A stretch of 27,130 nucleotides of DNA from Planctomycetota bacterium (lineage in GTDB: Bacteria; Planctomycetota; UBA11346), in contig JBBRLJ010000059.1 in assembly GCA_038231435.1 (NCBI GenBank), positions 1 to 27,130 of the forward strand. The letters are read 5' to 3'. A program made the translations under genes and the position numbers. How positions within the stretch are numbered: position 1 is the first letter of the stretch; each line of letters opens with the position of its first letter. This document shows positions 1 to 7,434 of the stretch, in pieces. The notes beneath the pieces are model-generated. The model was not told where the DNA came from. It did not search any database and saw only the letters and a program-made list of their open reading frames with translations.

Positions 1-587
1 TCGCGCAGCTGCTCGCGCGTCATCGCGTCGACCTGCTTGAAGAGGTCCTCGAACTGCTTGGCCGTGTCGCTCTGAAGCTGTCCGATGCCCTCCTGGACCG
101 CAGCCACGCTGCGGTCGACGGCTGCCACATGCTCACCCGTCGCCCTCAGCTGAAGCGCGGCTTCCGCGCTCCGGGCTTCTAGGGCTTCCAGGTTGCTGCG
201 GACGTTGTCGGCCGCGACTAGGCGCGCCTGCAGCTCGTCTCGCGAGCGTTCGAGGTCGACGACGACGTCATGCAGATCCTGCAGCTCTCGGGCCTGCGCT
301 GTGTTCTCCAGCCGCAGCGCCGCGACCTCGGCCGCGACCTCGGCGCGGAAGGCTTCCTTCAGCCGCGCGGCCGCACCGGGCGAGAGAGCCTCGAGCGCCT
401 TCATCTCGGCCGACGGCTCCGTGGCCTGCTTGGCGGCCTGATCGCCGCGCCAGCGACCGAAAAACTCCCGCAGCGTGGTGTGGGAGCCCCGACCGAGATC
501 GGTTGCCACCAGGCGATAGCTGGGCCGGTGCCCACGGGCCGCCACTCGGGAGCAGGACGCGGCGAACTCGTCGTAGGTGATCGTCAT
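1..587 (-). CDS. KfrA_N/TnpT-like DNA-binding coiled-coil protein (partial, runs off left edge)
   Basis: Not in ORF track. Manual translation from ATG at 587: MTITYDEFAASCSRVAARGHRPSYRLVATDLGRGSHTTLREFFGRWR..., matching the KfrA_N pattern (G-RP...V...LG-GS-TT...W). An open Ala/Glu/Leu/Gln-rich heptad region continues to the window edge. Divergent from a tyrosine recombinase. Confidence 0.8.
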   Translation of the reverse strand, partial: MTITYDEFAASCSRVAARGHRPSYRLVATDLGRGSHTTLREFFGRWRGDQAAKQATEPSAEMKALEALSPGAAARLKEAFRAEVAAEVAALRLENTAQARELQDLHDVVVDLERSRDELQARLVAADNVRSNLEALEARSAEAALQLRATGEHVAAVDRSVAAVQEGIGQLQSDTAKQFEDLFKQVDAMTREQLR

Positions 588-596
588 ATGGTAGCA

Positions 597-689
597 CTAC
601 ATAGCGCTACATCGCTACATTACAACAATGCCCTATAAGAGTATTTTACGGGCATAACGGCTTGCAATTCTCCTAATGAGCATGTAGCG
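597..689. promoter_or_regulatory. Candidate recombination site and accessory binding repeats between divergent genes
   Basis: Imperfect 11-6-11 inverted repeat ATGCCCTATAA-gagtat-TTTACGGGCAT (628-655). CTACAT at 597, 607 and 615, with inverted ATGTAGCG at 682-689. AT-rich relative to flanks. Confidence 0.55.
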
Positions 690-690
690 T
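662..690 (+). promoter_or_regulatory. Putative sigma70-type promoter of the recombinase (possibly leaderless transcript)
   Basis: TTGCAA (662-667), 17 nt, TAGCGT (685-690). GTG start 5 nt later with no RBS. Confidence 0.4.
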
Positions 691-695
691 TCGGC

Positions 696-1718
696 GTGGA
701 CCTGATTCCAACCAAGAATGCTACAGAGCCCGAATCGGCTCGGGCCCTGGCCCGGCACGAATTGCTGATCGAGGATTGGCTGGTCGCTCTCCATGCCCAG
801 GCGGCAGCCGGACAACTATCGGCCCTGACGGTCACGGCCTACGGCCGGTGGATCCGGCCCTGGCAAGCCTACCTGAAGCAAGTCGAGCCCGGCCAGCCAA
901 CGCCGGCCACCGTCGAGCGCTTCATCATCAGTCATCGGATCGACCGAAGCCCGGCCTCGGCGAACGGGGTCCTGCACGCGATCAAGAGCTGCTACAGCTG
1001 GGCCGAGACCCAGGACCGTTATCCGGCGATCGCGCGCTCCGTCCGCGCGCTCCGAATCGATCTCAGCGGCCCATTGCCAATCCTCGACATCCACCAGGTC
1101 GCAGAGGTTGCGCGACTCGCACGTCATCCCGAACGCAGGACGCTATCGCCGGAGCTCTCGCAGCTCGGCTCACTGCGGAACGAAGCGCTGATCCGCTGCC
1201 TCTACGCAGCAGGCGTGCGCCTCGTTTCCATGGTGCGGGCGGATGTCGTCGACTGCCGCCTCGAGGAATCACCTCCCGCGCTCGTGCACCAGCCAAAGGG
1301 ACATCGCGGGAAGGACGCGCGCGCGCACCTGCCGCCGTTGGCGGCCGACAGTCTTCGCGCGTACCTGGCGAAGCGGCAATCGCTCGGCGTCGACTCGCCG
1401 GCGTTATGGATCGGCATTCATCCCAAGCTCGGCAGTCGCATGGATACGAAGTCACTCCGGAGAATCATCGTGGCTGGATTCGAGCGCGCTGGTCTCGTCC
1501 AACGTGGCGCCGATGGACACATCGTGAACCCGAGAATCATCTCAGCCCAATGCTTGCGCCGCTCGGCGACAACGCAGGTCGTCGAGCATGTCGGCATCGA
1601 AGCCGGGCAAGTCTTTGCCGGCCACGCCTCCATCGACACGACGCGCAAATCCTATGCTCGCGTGAATGCGCACCGCATTCTGCGCGAAGCGAGCCAGCAC
1701 CTGGATCTTCCGCCATGA
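696..1718 (+). CDS. Tyrosine recombinase/integrase (TnpS-like context)
   Basis: RNEALIRCLYAAGVR (box I Arg), PKGHRG (Lys), AQCLRR (HxxR box with H>Q), AGHASIDTTRKSY (His, catalytic Tyr). N-terminal core-binding region (TVTAY...W). Confidence 0.92.
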   Translation: MDLIPTKNATEPESARALARHELLIEDWLVALHAQAAAGQLSALTVTAYGRWIRPWQAYLKQVEPGQPTPATVERFIISHRIDRSPASANGVLHAIKSCYSWAETQDRYPAIARSVRALRIDLSGPLPILDIHQVAEVARLARHPERRTLSPELSQLGSLRNEALIRCLYAAGVRLVSMVRADVVDCRLEESPPALVHQPKGHRGKDARAHLPPLAADSLRAYLAKRQSLGVDSPALWIGIHPKLGSRMDTKSLRRIIVAGFERAGLVQRGADGHIVNPRIISAQCLRRSATTQVVEHVGIEAGQVFAGHASIDTTRKSYARVNAHRILREASQHLDLPP

Positions 1719-1722
1719 GCCA

Positions 1723-1959
1723 TCAGGGAGTGCCCTCCGGCGCATCGACATCCGCTTCGTCGTCGGCGATTCCGAAGTGCTCCTGCCACTCCTCCGGGGT
1801 GATCCCGGTTTTGATGAATTCCCGCAAGGGGCCCGGCACATTCGGCATCGCGTCCTGCAGGAGGACCCCGCTCGCCCAGCTATCAAGCTGGGCATCGGTC
1901 ACCAGAACCTCCAGGGCGTTCTCTTTGCCAGTCAGCGTCGAGAGTCTCGTGATCAGCAT
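1723..1959 (-). CDS. Small hypothetical protein, phage-like (78 aa)
   Basis: MLITRLSTLTGK...LLQDAMPNV...REFIKTGITPEEW resembles a small phage-associated hypothetical family (from memory). AAAGGA upstream of ATG at 1959. Confidence 0.7.
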   Translation of the reverse strand: MLITRLSTLTGKENALEVLVTDAQLDSWASGVLLQDAMPNVPGPLREFIKTGITPEEWQEHFGIADDEADVDAPEGTP

Positions 1960-2051
1960 GGAAGATCCTTTGATTTCGGGGTTGTGGCCCATCGCCTCAC
2001 GTTCGAGGCGTAACCAGAACCCCAGGCTTCCAAACATCAGCGTTTGGTTCC

Positions 2052-2480
2052 ATGACCGCCTCTAGACGGAGCTCAATCCCACGGCCCGTGGTAAAAGCAT
2101 CCGAAATCCGCACGCGAGCGGAGACGCTCATGAAGTACATGGGCTACACCCTGCGCAAAGGTGCTCCTGGCAAGAAGGCGAAGCCGCTCATTCCCGAATT
2201 GATGAGAGCGTTCGGGGTCTCCCGACGCACCGTAGCTCGTGCGCTCAACTCCATGCAGCGTCGCCCTGCTGCGGCGCGCGCAGCAGGGGTCGGCGGGTAT
2301 GGCGACCTGCTAGCAAAGGCTCATGCTCAAGCGAAAACCTCACCACAGGCCGCGGTCCGAGATGTCGACACCGAGCTTCAGCGCGCACTCTTGGACTGGC
2401 TTACGCGCTCATTGAAGAAGCGGACGGATTCGACCGAATTGGCCAAGGTTCTCCTTGGAATACTCCGCGACACAAAGTAG
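2052..2480 (+). CDS. Basic helix-turn-helix DNA-binding protein
   Basis: ELMRAFGVSRRTVARAL is a GntR-type HTH signature. Divergent from 1723-1959. Confidence 0.6.
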   Translation: MTASRRSSIPRPVVKASEIRTRAETLMKYMGYTLRKGAPGKKAKPLIPELMRAFGVSRRTVARALNSMQRRPAAARAAGVGGYGDLLAKAHAQAKTSPQAAVRDVDTELQRALLDWLTRSLKKRTDSTELAKVLLGILRDTK

Positions 2481-2725
2481 CTAACTCCGACAGTCCACCT
2501 AAACCGAGGATCCTTGTGGTATAGTTGGAGAGCACAGCGGATCATAGAGGATCGCCATACACCCAACCGCGGAGCCCTGGATTCCCTTGTCTGATATCGC
2601 TAAGCACTTGTCAGTTTCGCTGGCGTAAGCGGTATCGACGACCAAGCGATTAGTCTGCTCGCTGCCGGATTCGCCAAAGGCGAGCCTGGTAAACTGGCCG
2701 TGCCTTACCTGAAGCGCGACCCGGC

Positions 2726-2890
2726 ATGACCACCCGCAGCCGCGCCCATGTGGTTTCCTCGTACACCATCGTCAAAGGGACGATGGTCGAGGAGGCTTAC
2801 GCGGCATGTCGGCTGTGGGATCTCGTTCAGACCAGCGATGAAAATCTCAGCCGCCTGCGCAATTCGCCAGAGATTCCCGCGAAAAGCGGT
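2726..2890 (+). pseudogene. Probable truncated BrxA (DUF1819)-family N-terminal fragment
   Basis: AHVVSSYTIVKGTMVEEAYAACRLWDLVQTSDENLSRLR..IPAKS resembles the N-terminus of a BrxA subgroup (from memory). Beyond ~2890 the ORF is antisense shadow of the convergent gene. Confidence 0.45.
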
Positions 2891-2910
2891 GAGCGTCAAG
2901 GCGGCACAGC

Positions 2911-3282
2911 TCAAAAGAGCAAGAGCTCCCTCGCCCGCTCCAGCGCGAGGACCTCTTCGCCGCCACGCACCACGTCGTCATCGAGCGCCCCAGCGTCGCG
3001 GAATTCACGGTGCTCCTCGGCCGAGAGGATGTGGCCCAACGGCCCCAGGCGGCGGACTGATCCGAACCACGCCGCGAGTTCGTGCCGCTCAAAGATCTCT
3101 CGAATCTGGGTGGCGAAGGATGGAATCTCCTCGGCGATCTCGCCATGCCCGTGTGAGTAGCGCAGCGCATTGAGGAACTTCTCGCCGACGAGATAGCCGA
3201 TCGCTTTCTCGACGCCGAACTGCTCACGGATCCCCTCGGCAGCGGCGCATTGATCGATCCAGGTATCGCGGAATCTGGACAC
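2911..3282 (-). CDS. Conserved hypothetical protein (123 aa)
   Basis: WIDQCAAAEGIREQFGVEKAIGYLVGEKFLN; natural composition and GC3-biased codons; resembles a hypothetical family seen in mobile regions. Confidence 0.75.
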   Translation of the reverse strand: MSRFRDTWIDQCAAAEGIREQFGVEKAIGYLVGEKFLNALRYSHGHGEIAEEIPSFATQIREIFERHELAAWFGSVRRLGPLGHILSAEEHREFRDAGALDDDVVRGGEEVLALERARELLLF

Positions 3283-3391
3283 ACTGCCAGAATCGGAGAG
3301 TCAATGCCGGTGGAGGTGATCATGATTCTCGCCTCTCCAGCCCGCACCTTCTCCGCCTTGCGCTCTGCGTTCTTCTCAGAGCGATTCCCCA

Positions 3392-3910
3392 CTAGATCGT
3401 GGTCGGCACCGTGGCTGCCTCAATGCGGTAGAAGTCATAGGCCGAACCCTGATAGGCCGGGGCGGTCACGGTGTGGGCTGGATCGAGAACGATCCAGATG
3501 TTGGTGCCGCCTGGGGGAGCCGAATGCAGGTCGACTGACTTTACGGGTGTATCGAAGAAGGAATGGGTGCCGTCACCGGTATCGGACGCCGTGAGCGTGC
3601 CCGAAGTCACTAGAGGACCAGTGGCGGAGCCGGTATGGATTTCCCAAGGCACGCTGAGGTTTCCTGTATGCGCCGCACCGAACTGCACCTCGGCGCGGAA
3701 AGTGAGTATTCGCCCTGTCGAGGACCAGGCGTAATCATTGGAGCCACTGGCGCCCGCGACCGGCTGGAGAGACACCAAGCCCTGCGTCGGATTCGGCGGC
3801 GGGGTAACACCACCGCCACCACCACCGCCTCCACCCCCAATACCGCAACCCGCGATGGCCCCGATCAGTGAAACCAAGGTGAGGGAGCGAGCGATTGGGT
3901 GCATGGTCAT
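3392..3910 (-). CDS. Lipoprotein with poly-Gly/Pro linker and a probable Ig-like beta-sandwich (CARDB-like) domain
   Basis: Hydrophobic signal ending in lipobox IAGC, then G10-VTPPPNP linker and a beta-rich domain ending IWIVLDPAHTV. Start 3910 or 3904. Confidence 0.7.
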   Translation of the reverse strand: MTMHPIARSLTLVSLIGAIAGCGIGGGGGGGGGGVTPPPNPTQGLVSLQPVAGASGSNDYAWSSTGRILTFRAEVQFGAAHTGNLSVPWEIHTGSATGPLVTSGTLTASDTGDGTHSFFDTPVKSVDLHSAPPGGTNIWIVLDPAHTVTAPAYQGSAYDFYRIEAATVPTTI

Positions 3911-3976
3911 GGTCCGAGTGTTACAGGCGATGCGGGGCGGATTCAATCCGACATTTCAGATGTTGCAAGACGACAG

Positions 3977-4111
3977 CTATTCGTCCCAGGACGAACGGTG
4001 GCGGTCTCGCCGCAGCAGCTGCCGTTTCCGGTCGTGGTGAACCTGCCGGGGACGCGGCATCGGGAGACGGATGCGCTTCATCAGCTCCAGCTGGGAATTC
4101 GGTTTGGCCAT
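3977..4111 (-). CDS. Small basic protein, 44 aa (below ORF-track cutoff)
   Basis: MAKPNSQLELMKRIRLPMPRPRQVHHDRKRQLLRRDRHRSSWDE*; AGGAG 6 nt upstream of ATG; co-oriented with both neighbours. Confidence 0.6.
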   Translation of the reverse strand: MAKPNSQLELMKRIRLPMPRPRQVHHDRKRQLLRRDRHRSSWDE

Positions 4112-4131
4112 GTCGGGCTCCTGTTGGCGGT

Positions 4132-4566
4132 TCACCAGATTGTGACGCCAACCGGACCCGCCGGCATCACTTCCGTCCGTGACGACGTCTCGATATTCTC
4201 ATCGACCAGGCCACGATGCGCGCTGACGACGTCGCCAGCGATAAGGAATCCACCTCCCGCAATCGGGCACAGCTGTCCCTCGGAGAGCAGGGGGCGCGTC
4301 CGTCGATAGAACTCAACCAGCGCCTGGTACAGGCTCATGTCCGGTGGATAGAGCATCGGCATCTGCAGCTCGAAGCGGCGCACTTCTCGCGCGACAAGCG
4401 CGCGTCCCGACCGGTCCCGATCAATCTGTAAACGCGAATGGCGAAAGTCTGCGTACAGGCCTTCGGAGTAGGAGTGACCCCAGTCCAGCCGCTCATAGCG
4501 ACTCGTTGGAGCCGAAATTATTCGGTATGCCCGAACGTGCTGTCTGAGGAGGTGTGGTGTTCTCAT
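4132..4566 (-). CDS. Hypothetical protein (144 aa)
   Basis: 3' part of ORF 4132..4767 from MRTPHLL. Natural composition; ends 20 nt before the next start. Confidence 0.55.
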   Translation of the reverse strand: MRTPHLLRQHVRAYRIISAPTSRYERLDWGHSYSEGLYADFRHSRLQIDRDRSGRALVAREVRRFELQMPMLYPPDMSLYQALVEFYRRTRPLLSEGQLCPIAGGGFLIAGDVVSAHRGLVDENIETSSRTEVMPAGPVGVTIW

Positions 4567-4839
4567 GTCGGATCCGTGGTTGGCAGGTGGGTGATCGCTG
4601 CTGGAGCCGATCCCCATTCCTGCCGGACCAGGTTCGTGACGGGGCGCACGGTGAAGCCGGCGATCCCATTTACTGATGCACGGCGTCGGAGCGGCGTGGA
4701 TCAAGTGGTCGCTCCTCACGCGAATGCGCGAATGAGCGCCCGCAGCCTCAAATCCAGCACGGCTCACCGCGGATCGGACCCGCCCCTAAGGGGGTAGCCA
4801 AGCAATCGCCACTTGCGCGTCACTTCCTGTTGGGTCTAT

Positions 4840-5256
4840 ATGGACTCCATGCGCGCCCTCGCCGTTAGCCCAGGACCGAGCTTCCCTCGGCCGCTCCTTA
4901 TCGCGGTACCAGCTGGCTTCCCCTCGCCGGCCGAGGATTTCATTGAGGGCCAGCTCGACCTGAACACGTACCTCGTAAAAAATAAAATCGCGACCTTCTA
5001 TGTGCGCGTGTCGGGAGAATCGATGCTGCCCGACATCCACCCGAAGGACATTCTCGTCGTCGATCGCTCACTCAACGCGCGAGACCTTTCCGTGGTCATT
5101 GCCCTCGTCGACGGCGAGCTGGTCTGCAAGCGACTGCGCCTCGACGCCGGCGGCGCCGCGCTCGTGGCCGACAATCCAAGCTTCCCAAAGCCGGAGGCAC
5201 CCACAGCGTCGCTCGAGATCTGGGGCGTAGTCACCGCGGTGATTCACAGAGTTTGA
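4840..5256 (+). CDS. umuD: DNA polymerase V subunit UmuD (S24 peptidase)
   Basis: VPAGFPSPAEDF cleavage motif, VSGESM (Ser), VCKRL (Lys); immediately upstream of umuC. Start 4840 or 4849. Confidence 0.95.
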   Translation: MDSMRALAVSPGPSFPRPLLIAVPAGFPSPAEDFIEGQLDLNTYLVKNKIATFYVRVSGESMLPDIHPKDILVVDRSLNARDLSVVIALVDGELVCKRLRLDAGGAALVADNPSFPKPEAPTASLEIWGVVTAVIHRV

Positions 5257-5259
5257 AAT

Positions 5260-6519
5260 ATGACGCTCCTCGCCTTGGTCGATGGAAATAATTTCTACGT
5301 GTCGGTCGAACGGGTTTTTAATCCGAAGCTCATCGGCAAGCCGGTCGTCGTGCTCAGCTCGAATGACGGGAATGTGGTCGCCCGTAGTGACGAAGCGAAA
5401 GCCCTCGGTGTTGCGATGGGGGAGCCATTCCACGAGCTGAAAGCGCGTCAGAAGCAGCACCCGATAATCTGGCTCAGCTCGAATTTCACATTATACGGAG
5501 ATCTGTCGGCGCGCATGCACGCCATCAGCGCGAGCTACGCGAAGGCAATCGAGGTGTATTCGATCGACGAGGCGTTCCTGGACGTGGAGGGGGGGCAGGA
5601 CCCCGTTGCAGATGGACGGGCCTTGCGGTTTCAGACGAAACAATGGTGCGGACTACCCGTCTCGGTCGGAATCGCCGAGACGAAGACCTTGGCGAAGGTT
5701 GCCAATCGCATCGCCAAGAAGGTCCCGCATCACCAAGGGGTCTACTGGCTGCAACCAGGCCCGGAGCGGGAGCGCATCCTCGAGACGATGGAGCTCGAAG
5801 ACGTCTGGGGCATCGCATCAGGCCTCGGCCGGCGCCTACAGGGCCTCGGGATCAAGAATCCAAAACAGCTACGGGACAGTGATCCCCTGCTCATCCAGCG
5901 GCACCTGGGCGTTGTCGGGCAGCGAATCGTCTACGAACTGCGCGGAGAGAGCTGTCTGTCGCTCGACGTCGTTCCACATCAGCGGAAAACTCTGTGCGTG
6001 TCGCGCACCTTCGGTACCGCCACTTTCCACCAGCGCGATCTCATTGAAGCCGTCGCTGCGTTCACGTCCCGGGCTGCTGAAAAGCTCCGCCACGAGGGGC
6101 TCGTCGCCTCACGAATACAGGTGTTCATGCACAACAGCCGATTCCGGCTGGCCGAAGCGCCCATCATGCATGGTGGCGCTGCGGCTCTCCCGCAGCCGAC
6201 CAGCTGCACCACAGAGTTACTTGGCTATGCGACAGCCATCGTCCGCGCCGTATTCCGCGAGAAAGTGCGGTACACCAGCGCTGGCGTGATGCTTCTCGAA
6301 CTCTCACCTGCGAATGAGGCGGGGCAGCTATCCTTGACCGACCAGCGCGATCGATCGCGCGACGCTGGGGTGATGTCACTGCTCGACCAGGTGAATGCCC
6401 GCTGGAAGGGGGCTCTGATGCCGGCTGCAATGGGCTTTGACCGTCGCTGGACCCCAAGGGCCGAGAATCGCTCACCGCGATGGACGACCAGCTGGAGCGA
6501 AATACCGATCGTGAAATAA
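5260..6519 (+). CDS. umuC: Y-family DNA polymerase V catalytic subunit UmuC
   Basis: [27 protein letters not shown]-terminal [12 protein letters not shown] (DUF4113-type tail). Confidence 0.96.
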   Translation: MTLLALVDGNNFYVSVERVFNPKLIGKPVVVLSSNDGNVVARSDEAKALGVAMGEPFHELKARQKQHPIIWLSSNFTLYGDLSARMHAISASYAKAIEVYSIDEAFLDVEGGQDPVADGRALRFQTKQWCGLPVSVGIAETKTLAKVANRIAKKVPHHQGVYWLQPGPERERILETMELEDVWGIASGLGRRLQGLGIKNPKQLRDSDPLLIQRHLGVVGQRIVYELRGESCLSLDVVPHQRKTLCVSRTFGTATFHQRDLIEAVAAFTSRAAEKLRHEGLVASRIQVFMHNSRFRLAEAPIMHGGAAALPQPTSCTTELLGYATAIVRAVFREKVRYTSAGVMLLELSPANEAGQLSLTDQRDRSRDAGVMSLLDQVNARWKGALMPAAMGFDRRWTPRAENRSPRWTTSWSEIPIVK

Positions 6520-6770
6520 TTTGGGCAGGAGGAATCTGAACGGGAGCCGTTCTGCTCGTGCAGTGAACCCCAAGCATGATGGCCTATTTCAAAACCGTCA
6601 CGGAAGGCCTTACAGGGCAAGCAGAGCGACCGGCGCGGCCGGAGCTAAGGGGACACACGCCCTACCCCAGAGACAAGGCCTGCGAACTGGTCATCGGCGC
6701 GCCCCGGCGGCTGCAGGTCGAACGTGGATTCTCACCACGAGCAGATACGCTGCCCATGCAGGGGAACGCT

Positions 6771-7406
6771 ATGTGTGGTCGCTATGACAGCCTCGCGGAT
6801 CTGAATGTCGCAGCGGATGCCTTCGCCGCCGAGCTCTCCTTCGATCGCACGTCATGGACGGCAACCTCGGACGTCAGGCCCACGACGCGGCAACCAGTCC
6901 TTCTCGCTGACAAGACGGTCGTGTTGGCGCGGTGGGGATGGAAGCCAATCTGGATGAAGAGCGGTGTTCTCATCAACTCCAAGTCTGAGGAGGCTGCCAC
7001 AAAGCGGACGTTCTCGAAGGCATTCGCAACCCGACGGTGTGTCGTGATTGCGAGCGCCTTTTACGAATGGCGGTCAGAGGCGGGAAAGAAGATTCGCGTG
7101 CGCTTTACGCTGCGCGGAACCCCCTGTGTCGCCATGGCCGGTATATGGGCAGATGAGGCAACCGAAGGAGGTGCGGAACAGGAACGAAAGTTTGTCATCA
7201 TGACGACACGGCCAAATGCGCTCGTCGAACCGGTCCACAACCGCATGCCCGTGCTGCTGAAGCATCAACAGGTGGGGGAGTGGTTGAACCCACAGACTCC
7301 CGCCGAGCACGTTACCGCTCTCTGTGATCCCATCGCTGCGTCTGCCATGGAATCCATCGACGCCCCGGAGGTCAAAGGGCCCAAGGGTCGCATTTCGGTG
7401 GCATGA
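6771..7406 (+). CDS. SOS response-associated peptidase (SRAP/YedK/HMCES family)
   Basis: True start MCGRY at 6771 (catalytic Cys2), INSKSE, FYEW, HNRMP motifs. Confidence 0.93.
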   Translation: MCGRYDSLADLNVAADAFAAELSFDRTSWTATSDVRPTTRQPVLLADKTVVLARWGWKPIWMKSGVLINSKSEEAATKRTFSKAFATRRCVVIASAFYEWRSEAGKKIRVRFTLRGTPCVAMAGIWADEATEGGAEQERKFVIMTTRPNALVEPVHNRMPVLLKHQQVGEWLNPQTPAEHVTALCDPIAASAMESIDAPEVKGPKGRISVA

Positions 7407-7434
7407 ATCAGGAGATCGCGAAGGTCCTGGCTCG

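Noticed and set aside
776..2065. Long alternative ORFs (e.g. 776..2065, 12312..13304, 18717..19880, 22621..23715)
   Set aside because: Shadow frames of well-supported genes in GC-rich DNA, with Arg/Pro/Ala-rich composition and no motifs.
2517..2525. TGGTATAGT extended -10-like motif
   Set aside because: Plausible, but no intact downstream gene or other support.
3808..3840. Poly-Gly tract as a phase-variable repeat
   Set aside because: Mixed Gly codons; an ordinary lipoprotein linker.
4781..4796. CCCCTAAGGGGG as a Tn3 terminal inverted repeat
   Set aside because: No 38-bp GGGG...TAAG arrangement and no partner end in the window.
6538..6552. GAACGG-gag-CCGTTC as a LexA box
   Set aside because: GAAC-N7-GTTC matches neither the GAAC-N4-GTTC box nor the GTTC-N7-GTTC box. 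No recognisable SOS box was seen upstream of umuD either.
6576..6770. 65-aa N-terminal extension of SRAP in the ORF track
   Set aside because: SRAP requires Cys at position 2, so the start is MCGRY at 6771.
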